Source of the DNA: an uncultured bacterium
GTDB taxonomy: Bacteria; Armatimonadota; Hebobacteria; CAIYQO01
Assembly (NCBI GenBank): GCA_903928345.1
Contig: CAIYQO010000273.1
Location: forward strand, 4,828-68,827
DNA length: 64,000 nt
Direction of reading: 5' to 3'
Program-made: the position numbers and the translations under genes
Shown: positions 56,664-64,000 of the stretch, one piece after another
Numbering within the stretch: position 1 is the first letter of the stretch
Layout of the letters: the number at the start of each line of letters is the position of its first letter
The notes under the pieces: model-generated
Database searches by the model: none
Told to the model about the DNA's origin: nothing
What the model saw: only the letters and a program-made list of their open reading frames with translations

Positions 56664-58694
56664 TTATTCCACCACCCGATACGTGATAAGTGCGGCCTGC
56701 GGGCGGTTGGGGCAGTGGATCGGGAAGCCGTCAGTGAGCAATACGTGCCCCGCGATGCGCACCGGGGGCGCGCCGTCGAGATCGGTCAGTTCGTATAGCG
56801 CGTCGGGGTGCAGGCCGTGCAGCGGGCGGCAGCACGACGCGTCGGGCGCCTCCAGCCGGCGGAAGGCCTGAATGATGCCATAGCCCGTCTCCGGGCAGTT
56901 GAACTGCCAGGCCATCCAGCGCGTGCCGTCCAGGCTATACTCGGTCAGTGGATAATAATCGCCCAGGAAGGCGTCGGCCACCTGGCGCCACTCCGCCGTC
57001 GCGCGCCGGAACGCCGCCCAGTCGACCTCCGCGAGGAGTTCGCAAATGCGCTCCTGCCCGCAGTAGTGCTGCATCGTCGCCTCGCACATTTCGCGCGGCA
57101 TCAGGCCGATGGCGGGGGTGAGGTGGCTGCGCCGGTCGTAGTCATCCTCGACATACGCGACCCCGCCCATATACGGCACCCAGCTCGCCAGCCCGTAGGT
57201 ATGCCCCTGGTTGCCCACGCGCAGCGGGGTGGCATCGTCGGGCGAGAAGAAACGACCCTGCGGCGTTTGGAAGTCGCTGCGCAGCAGGATCACCGCCCGC
57301 CGCAACGTCTCCAGGTCGTTGCGCCGCCCGCCGGACGAGCAGGTGTCGATGATCAGGTTGGGATGCCGCCGGTGCAGTTCATCGAAAAAGGCCAGGTACC
57401 CCTGCACGTAGCAGTTTTCCGTCATCCCCTGCCGGTCGGGGGCATCGTTCGCGCGCCAGAAGGCCAGCGGATCGATATTGAAGTCCTGCCGGTACAGGTC
57501 CAGGCCGCGGTGGGTCAGGTAGTCGTCGATGAGTTCCGTCACCCAGGCGTGCGCCTCCGGATGGCCCAGATTGAGCAGCCGGTCGCCGTCGCCGAGGTGC
57601 AGGCACCACTCCGGATGGGTCTCCGCCAGCCAACTGCCCGCACTGACGCGTTCCGGCTCGAACCAGAGAATCAGCCCCATCTCCTCGGCATGCGCCTTGG
57701 CGGCCACCGCCTGAATGCCATGCGGAAAGCGCGCGGCGTCCGGTTCCCACGTGCCCACCTGGCTCCAGTGCTCCCCACACGGATACCAGCCGGCATCCAC
57801 CCACCAGTAATCCAGCGCGATGCCGTTCCGGCGCCAGGTGTCGATGAAGTCGATCTGATTGGCCTCCGTTAGGTCGGGGCCGACGATCATCAAACTGGAG
57901 AGCACCGGCTTTGCCGCCTGCCCGGCCATGCGCGGTGTGTTGTGCGCCAGCATCCAGCGCCGCCACAAGTTTTGCGCCCGCATGGCCTCCCCCTGCCAGA
58001 AGGACAGCACGATCAGCGGCGCGCGCACTTCCTCGCCAGGGTGCAGCGTGAGCGCCGTCACCTCCTGCCCGGCGGTGAGGTGCAACGTGGCGGCGTCATC
58101 GCGGGTGAAGGTGGCGGCCCACTGGCCCGGCCAGCCGATGACGGCGATGACGCCGCCCCCGTCGAACTCCACGTTGTAAAACGGGTACGCGCCGTAGGTC
58201 GGGCGTCCTCCCGGCGGCGCGAACGTCTGCCGGCTGTCGGGGGCCAACGGCACCGCGTGCGGCTGATAGCTACCCGGCGCCGTCAGATCGCCGTCCGCAT
58301 AATGGAGCTGGAACTCCGTCGCCGTTGCGCGGGTAAGGGTGAGATCCAACCCCTGCAGGTCGGCGAGCAGCGGCGTGGACGTCTCCCCGAGATTCTTCCA
58401 GTAGACAGTCCATTCCACCGTGGGGAAATCGTCATACACCACCGCCACGCAGCGCACCTGCAGCACGCCGTCGGGAGCGTTCCAGACGATGGTGTATGAC
58501 GTGCGGTGCGCGTCCAGCACGCAGCACAACTCATGCCGCGGCCACTCCGCCATCAACGGCACTCCGTCGGCGCCGTCGAGGGTAAAGGCAAACGGCACCT
58601 CGCCCTGCAGCGAAAAGAGCTGCCGGCGCAGCCAGGCATCGCGCCGGGCAAATTCCGCCGCCGTGGCGGTCGGGATCATGGTCGTCAGTGGCAT
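56664..58694 (-). CDS. alpha-galactosidase, GH36-like
   Basis: WVDAGWY, RFP.G, LWFEPE, YRQDFN, IDTCSSGGRRND, RSD. Confidence 0.85.
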   Translation of the reverse strand: MPLTTMIPTATAAEFARRDAWLRRQLFSLQGEVPFAFTLDGADGVPLMAEWPRHELCCVLDAHRTSYTIVWNAPDGVLQVRCVAVVYDDFPTVEWTVYWKNLGETSTPLLADLQGLDLTLTRATATEFQLHYADGDLTAPGSYQPHAVPLAPDSRQTFAPPGGRPTYGAYPFYNVEFDGGGVIAVIGWPGQWAATFTRDDAATLHLTAGQEVTALTLHPGEEVRAPLIVLSFWQGEAMRAQNLWRRWMLAHNTPRMAGQAAKPVLSSLMIVGPDLTEANQIDFIDTWRRNGIALDYWWVDAGWYPCGEHWSQVGTWEPDAARFPHGIQAVAAKAHAEEMGLILWFEPERVSAGSWLAETHPEWCLHLGDGDRLLNLGHPEAHAWVTELIDDYLTHRGLDLYRQDFNIDPLAFWRANDAPDRQGMTENCYVQGYLAFFDELHRRHPNLIIDTCSSGGRRNDLETLRRAVILLRSDFQTPQGRFFSPDDATPLRVGNQGHTYGLASWVPYMGGVAYVEDDYDRRSHLTPAIGLMPREMCEATMQHYCGQERICELLAEVDWAAFRRATAEWRQVADAFLGDYYPLTEYSLDGTRWMAWQFNCPETGYGIIQAFRRLEAPDASCCRPLHGLHPDALYELTDLDGAPPVRIAGHVLLTDGFPIHCPNRPQAALITYRVVE

Positions 58695-58897
58695 CGTGCA
58701 TCGCTCCCGTAGGTAGTTCGTTAAGCTATTCGGCGGCGCAGCGGGCCTCCCCTTGCGTCCGATGTGGATTTCGGACGATTCGCAGCGCGCCACCGAACCG
58801 CCCGGCACTTGCCCGCTGGTTGAGGTGCGGACTATACTGCTACGTATTGCATCCGGCGTAGATGGCGTGCCGATACTGCCATCCGGAAGAGTGGGCT

Positions 58898-61051
58898 ATG
58901 CGTAACTATGGCTTCCTACCCTGGGTACTCGCCGTGCTGCTCCTCGCGGGGAGTGGGGCGGCGCGTGCGGCAACGCAACCCGGCGCGCCCTCCTTCACGG
59001 AACCGTTCGCCCGGGACTCCTGCTGGAAGGCAGCCATTCCCGTGGATGCGACGTATGTGGATGTCCGGAACCAGTGGAAGAAGCTGGTGGTGCACTCGGC
59101 CGGCATCGCGGTGACGAAGTGGACGGTCGGCGTCTACCAGGCGAAAAGATCCGATCCGCGCGTGCACGTTCTCTACGCGTCCCCCACATTGTACGAGCGC
59201 GTGCAGTCCGGTGCCGTGCTGAGCAGCGGGAATCCCCCCGCGCTCGAAGCGCAACTGCGCCAGGCCTGCACCGCCGCGCCGACCTTCGATCAACCCTACT
59301 ATGCCGTGCCCGCGACGGGGCCATTTACGGCGCTCCGGAAGCATCCCCCGACCGAAATCTCCTCCCCGAAGGGTGCGCTGCCGTCGCCCGATGCGGATGG
59401 CCATCTCGTGATCCTGCAGTCCGACGGCCATACACTCTTTGAGGCGTTTTGCGCGGTGATCTTGCACAACGGCGACATCATCTGCCCGCTCGCCGACTTG
59501 CAGGATCTTACCGGCCCCGGCGACGGCGGCACCACCGGGCTACGCGCGAGCATGCTCCCCGCCCTCGGCGGGTTGATCCGCAAAGGCGAACTGGCGCACG
59601 GCGCCATCGAGCATGCCCTCACCTGTACACTCTACCGGGGCTGCTTGCAACGCGGCGCCCACGTCTGGCCCGCCCTCAGTCACGATACCAATAGCCGCTA
59701 CTTCGGCGTGATCCCGCTGGGCGCGCGCCTGGCGGTCCCGCGGGACGTGGACCTAGCCACGCTCGGACTCACGCCGAAGGGCTTGACCCTCGCGCGGGCG
59801 CTCCAGCAGTACGGCATGTACGTCAGCGATCGCGGGGGAGAAGGCGGGATGTCGATCTGCGCCGAACTGGGCTGCGCCGAGGCCGATCCCCGCACGCAGT
59901 ACCGGGAATGGTGGAGCACCGACGGCCCGCGGATTCTCAAGGAACTCCAGATGGTCCAGCCGCCGGATGTCGGCCCGCATGCCGTGCGGTTCGCGCCCGG
60001 CGCCGGCGAAGAGAATGAGATTCAAGTCCATCCGCCGACGGAGCCGACCATCTACGTCGGCAGCAAGGAACGGTACACGGAGATCGCGCCCGCGCTGGCC
60101 GCGCTGCCCGCCACGGGTGGCACGGTACGCGTACGCGCGGGCACCTACGAGATTCGCGAAGCCCTCCGCCTCCCGAGCAATACCGCCCTCATCGGTGACG
60201 GGTCGGAGTACACGAAGATCAAGGTGGCGACGGGGATCATCGCCCACGGGATCACCAACGCCGATTCGCAGCAGGGCAATCACGACATCCTCATCAAAAA
60301 CCTCGCCATCATCGGGAATCTCGACTCGAACGGTGTCCCGCCGCGCGGGAAACCCACCCAGGGCAACGACGGCTGCCGCGGCATCTACCTGCACCGGGTC
60401 ACCAACGCGCGCGTCGAAGGGTGCTTCATCACGGAAACCGGCACCAATTCGTTCCTCACCTCGGATAGTACGCGCATCGCCTTCGTCGGCAACACCGAAA
60501 AGTTCTGCTTTCACTGCTTGAACTTCACCCAGTGCACGCGCTGCATCGTGGCGCACAACACGACGCTACGCAAGTGGAGCGGCGAGGCGCCATACTTCAA
60601 CAACACGGGGGACTCCGAAGTCTACGACAATGATGTCGAAGGCGTCGGGATGGACGGCATGGCGCTCGACTTCAACTCGAGCAATAACCTGGTGCACGAC
60701 AACACCATTATCGGGTGCTACATGAGCGGCATCGTGGTGCAGGGAGGCGCGCATCACAACACCATCGAGGACAACCTGATCAACGGCAACGGTCGCTACG
60801 TGGCCAACCCGACCGGGCGGATCGACGGGATTTATCTACTCAACGCCTCGCACAACCGGATCATCGACAACCGCTGCTGCGACGACCAACCCGTCCCCAC
60901 GCAGCGCTACGGTATCAACATCGCCAACGCCGCCTGCGCCCATAACGAGCTGCGGGCGAACGACCTCCGCGGCAATGCCCGCGGGGAGATACAGGACCTG
61001 GGCACCGACACGGTCATCGCCACCCCGGATAGCAAGCCGCCGGCACCATGA
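58898..61051 (+). CDS. secreted protein: uncharacterised N-domain plus right-handed parallel beta-helix
   Basis: signal peptide; DGHL, ASMLPALGGLIR.GEL..G.I.HAL, ALQQYGMYV.D; GGTV...AGTY and N.I.DN repeats. Confidence 0.75.
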   Translation: MRNYGFLPWVLAVLLLAGSGAARAATQPGAPSFTEPFARDSCWKAAIPVDATYVDVRNQWKKLVVHSAGIAVTKWTVGVYQAKRSDPRVHVLYASPTLYERVQSGAVLSSGNPPALEAQLRQACTAAPTFDQPYYAVPATGPFTALRKHPPTEISSPKGALPSPDADGHLVILQSDGHTLFEAFCAVILHNGDIICPLADLQDLTGPGDGGTTGLRASMLPALGGLIRKGELAHGAIEHALTCTLYRGCLQRGAHVWPALSHDTNSRYFGVIPLGARLAVPRDVDLATLGLTPKGLTLARALQQYGMYVSDRGGEGGMSICAELGCAEADPRTQYREWWSTDGPRILKELQMVQPPDVGPHAVRFAPGAGEENEIQVHPPTEPTIYVGSKERYTEIAPALAALPATGGTVRVRAGTYEIREALRLPSNTALIGDGSEYTKIKVATGIIAHGITNADSQQGNHDILIKNLAIIGNLDSNGVPPRGKPTQGNDGCRGIYLHRVTNARVEGCFITETGTNSFLTSDSTRIAFVGNTEKFCFHCLNFTQCTRCIVAHNTTLRKWSGEAPYFNNTGDSEVYDNDVEGVGMDGMALDFNSSNNLVHDNTIIGCYMSGIVVQGGAHHNTIEDNLINGNGRYVANPTGRIDGIYLLNASHNRIIDNRCCDDQPVPTQRYGINIANAACAHNELRANDLRGNARGEIQDLGTDTVIATPDSKPPAP

Positions 61052-61149
61052 GGGGTCACCCCCGGCTCTTGCCTTCCACCGGTACATCCCTGTAGAGTAA
61101 GGGCGACTAAAACGCGGCCCTCGCCGCGTCGTGAAGGAGCGCCTGCGTG

Positions 61150-64000
61150 ATGACTCGCTACCTGCTGCCCCTGTTTTGCCTGCTGCTCGCCGCGTCCGCC
61201 GTCTTCGCCGACAACGCGGTGCAGCGCGACATTATCATCGGCGAAAAGCGGCTCATCCCGCAGACGCTGGATGTCGATGCCGCCGGCAACGTCTATGTCG
61301 GCGGGGGCGAGGAAGTGTGGGTCTACGATAAGGACGGCAACCGCACCGCGGTCTGGCAGTTCTCGGCGGCGCGCCCCGTGCGCGTAGGACCCGGCGGGAA
61401 TATCTACCTGGGCCGCACCTGGGAGCCCGACACGCAGGTGCGCTGCCTCGATCCGCGCGGGAAGCAACTGGCGTCCATCGGCGTCAACAAGTGGCTGCAC
61501 GGCGACGCCGTCGGCTTTGAGGTGCCCTTCGACCTGCTCTTCGATCCCGATGGGAATATGTGGTCGGTCAACACCTATCATACCGCGCAGGACGAACGGC
61601 GTAAGGATACCTTGAACACCGCCTGGGGCGGGCGGCGCGAAGATCCCAACGGGAGTCGGCTGATGTGCTTCGATCTGCGCCAGGACCCCGCGGGACGCGC
61701 GCCCAAATACTTCGGCACCTTCAGCAACACCCCGCCGGAGCAAGGTGGACCGGCGGATGGCCTGCACCGCCCGCGCCGGCTGACCTTCGACGCGGTACAC
61801 AAGAAGCTCTTCGTGCTCGACGACTGGGGTGTCACCCGCTGGAGCTGGCCGGACGGCGCCTTCGAGGGTCGCATCATCCGCACCGGCACCGATTACAACA
61901 ATGCCCTGCTGGCCGCGACCCCGCAAGGTACGCTGTTCATCCGCCTGACCGGCAACACGCTGGGTGAGTATGACGACGCGGGGAAGAAGCTGGCGGACCA
62001 CCCGGAATACGACCTCTACGGGGCGCGCGATATGCGCGTCACCGCCGATGGCGCACTCTACCTGTGCTACCCCGACGCGCGCATCTGCTATAAGCACTAC
62101 ACGCCGGCGGGCAAGTTGGCCCTGTGCCGCGGGTTGAATATGGTGACGTTGCGGCTGGCCACGGAGCAATCCGTCTATGACGCCGGCGCGACCATCCCCC
62201 TCACCGCGCATGTCGAGGACCGGCGCAGCCTCTACGGGCAGGCGATGCCGGAGCTGGCCGAGTTGGGGCGCAGCCTGTGGTATCGCCCCTACCGTCCCGG
62301 CGCGACGTGGAAACCGCTGCCCATCCAGCCGGGACCCAACGGGCAGGGGGAACAGGTGACGCTGCCCGCCGATCTCACCGGCGCGCTGCAGTTGCGCCTG
62401 AGCACCAGCGCGGTGGCCCCGGAACTGCTGGATGAATCGGGCGCCTACGTCGAAATCAACCTGGCGCTGCGCGCGCCACACGCCGGCTGGTCGCTCACCG
62501 TGACGCCCGACCGCGGGCAGACGCTCTGCTGCGCGGGGGAATGGGTGCGCGTCAACGTGGTCGGACGCACTCAAGCGGCCGTCGCGCCGGAAACCCTGCA
62601 CCTGCGCCTGCTGTCGCCGGACGGCGCGAAGAGCACCGTGCTCGCGGACGTGAGTTCCCACTGGCAACTGGCCGCGCAAGGCACCGCCACCGCGGCCTTC
62701 GACCTCTGGGTGCCCACCGTGACCACCCCGCAGCCGTGCCGGTTGGTAGCGCTCTCCCCGGCGCTGGGGCAGGCCGACTGCGCGCTGACCGTGGCACCCG
62801 CGCGGGAAGCGGGCAACTTCAAGCTCTTCGTCGCCCTCGGCCTCGGCTACCGCTTCTCCCCGGCGGCGACGGCGGCCTACGTGGCGCAAGCCGTGCGGCT
62901 GGGGGTGACCCACGATGTCACGCGCTACATCTCCGCTGACTTCGACTACGGTACCAATGGCGAAGAAGAGCTGCGCACCAACGCGCAACTGCGCGCGCTG
63001 CTCAACACCGACCCGCGCCTGCCCGCCGCCGAAGCCGCCGATCTCCCCACCCGCCGCCGCGCGGCGCTGGCCCAGATGGGCGCGGCCGGCCTGCGGCTGT
63101 GGCCGGAGATGATGGGCTGGGAGCTGGATACCGTCAACCGCACCGAGAAGCAGGCGATCCAGGATCGGCAAAACCTGGCTAAGTGGACGCTGTGGGGCGC
63201 CAAAAGCCCGGCGCAGGACGGCTTCCTCTGGAATGAAAGCAACTGGTGGGGCGTGGACCACACGCGCCTGCAGGCGGCGTGGAGTGCTGCCACCCACAAG
63301 GCGCCTGAGCAACTGCGCGGGCTGGACTGGGGGCGGCTGCAGGAATACACGCCGCTGCTCACCGGCGACCGGCTGGCCGACGCGCTGGATTACCACGCCT
63401 ACATGGCGAAGGAGCTGTATCCGCGCTACTACCACGACTGGAAGAGCTATGCGGAGACGATCCGCCCCAGCGTCACCGGCGCGGGCGTACCGGCGCTCTA
63501 CCCCATCAACTGGCCGACCTGGTGCGCGCAACAACTGGACGGCGTGATGAGCTACCACCAGGTCGAGCAGGTGTGCGAACCCTATATGCAGCTCAACGAC
63601 GGGGCGTTTATGCGCCCGGACGGTCGGCCCTTCTGGGCCGGGGTGGAGATGATCCCCGACCCCGGCACCGGCGAATACCTGGCGCGACAATTACTGCCCG
63701 CCCTCTTCTACGGTGCTGAAGGCTTCTGGGCCAACGACATGGGCAACTTCCGCTCCTTTATGAGCATCGCCAACGCCGGACAGACCGTGCGCGCCGCGCA
63801 ACGGGCGCAGGCGGCGGGCGATCTGCGCGCGGTGCTGGAGCCGGTCGGCACCCGCCTGCGCCGCACGCGCCTCCGCGCCTTGTTCGGCATCTACTGCCCG
63901 CGCGCGGCCTTCGTGCAGCAGGGCAACCCGGCCTTCCGCGGCGACTCCTATACCAAACGGGTCAGCGCGGCGTTGATCGCCTCCTACCACGCGCACCTGC
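61150..64000 (+). CDS. large secreted protein, NHL-type propeller then glycoside-hydrolase-like region (3' truncated; absent from the ORF track)
   Basis: open frame from ATG 61150 (SD gaaggag) to window end: MTRYLLPLFCLLLAASAVFA signal, DAAGNVYV/DPDGNMW repeats, later WNE motif. Confidence 0.8.
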   Translation, partial: MTRYLLPLFCLLLAASAVFADNAVQRDIIIGEKRLIPQTLDVDAAGNVYVGGGEEVWVYDKDGNRTAVWQFSAARPVRVGPGGNIYLGRTWEPDTQVRCLDPRGKQLASIGVNKWLHGDAVGFEVPFDLLFDPDGNMWSVNTYHTAQDERRKDTLNTAWGGRREDPNGSRLMCFDLRQDPAGRAPKYFGTFSNTPPEQGGPADGLHRPRRLTFDAVHKKLFVLDDWGVTRWSWPDGAFEGRIIRTGTDYNNALLAATPQGTLFIRLTGNTLGEYDDAGKKLADHPEYDLYGARDMRVTADGALYLCYPDARICYKHYTPAGKLALCRGLNMVTLRLATEQSVYDAGATIPLTAHVEDRRSLYGQAMPELAELGRSLWYRPYRPGATWKPLPIQPGPNGQGEQVTLPADLTGALQLRLSTSAVAPELLDESGAYVEINLALRAPHAGWSLTVTPDRGQTLCCAGEWVRVNVVGRTQAAVAPETLHLRLLSPDGAKSTVLADVSSHWQLAAQGTATAAFDLWVPTVTTPQPCRLVALSPALGQADCALTVAPAREAGNFKLFVALGLGYRFSPAATAAYVAQAVRLGVTHDVTRYISADFDYGTNGEEELRTNAQLRALLNTDPRLPAAEAADLPTRRRAALAQMGAAGLRLWPEMMGWELDTVNRTEKQAIQDRQNLAKWTLWGAKSPAQDGFLWNESNWWGVDHTRLQAAWSAATHKAPEQLRGLDWGRLQEYTPLLTGDRLADALDYHAYMAKELYPRYYHDWKSYAETIRPSVTGAGVPALYPINWPTWCAQQLDGVMSYHQVEQVCEPYMQLNDGAFMRPDGRPFWAGVEMIPDPGTGEYLARQLLPALFYGAEGFWANDMGNFRSFMSIANAGQTVRAAQRAQAAGDLRAVLEPVGTRLRRTRLRALFGIYCPRAAFVQQGNPAFRGDSYTKRVSAALIASYHAHL

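Noticed and set aside
60907-63690. 927-aa minus-strand ORF and the other long antisense ORFs (e.g. 5982-8264, 30927-32702, 35854-37488)
   Set aside because: Shadow ORFs of high-GC genes on the opposite strand, with Arg/Gly/Ala-rich composition and no motifs

Overview
High-GC (about 68-70% by eye) bacterial chromosomal window of mixed housekeeping and carbohydrate-utilisation genes. It is most consistent with a diderm Terrabacteria lineage such as Armatimonadota (inference from lpxB plus a secretin, an FtsZ ending [11 protein letters not shown], an H-X9-DG prepilin and several UROD/MetE-like paralogues). Recognisable genes: murB (partial), lpxB, glmU, prs, thiL, gatC, a two-gene (split) glutamine-dependent NAD synthetase, rsmI, metK and ftsZ. 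There are also a DUF3299/ABC module, two GH42 and one GH36 glycosidases, a TerY-type vWA/PP2C/kinase triad, a secretin with a barrel-less paralogue, and several large secreted proteins. No rRNA, tRNA or CRISPR array was found. The most striking structure is non-coding. At least seven families of intergenic palindromic or short tandem repeats occur. They include a Y1 HUH transposase (RAYT/IS200-like) bracketed by 52-bp inverted double-hairpin ends with compensatory substitutions, a gene-less element of the same architecture, and four copies of a ~140-155 bp REP doublet with an invariant 35-nt core and unique spacers. All family assignments come from motif recognition by eye; no searches were run.
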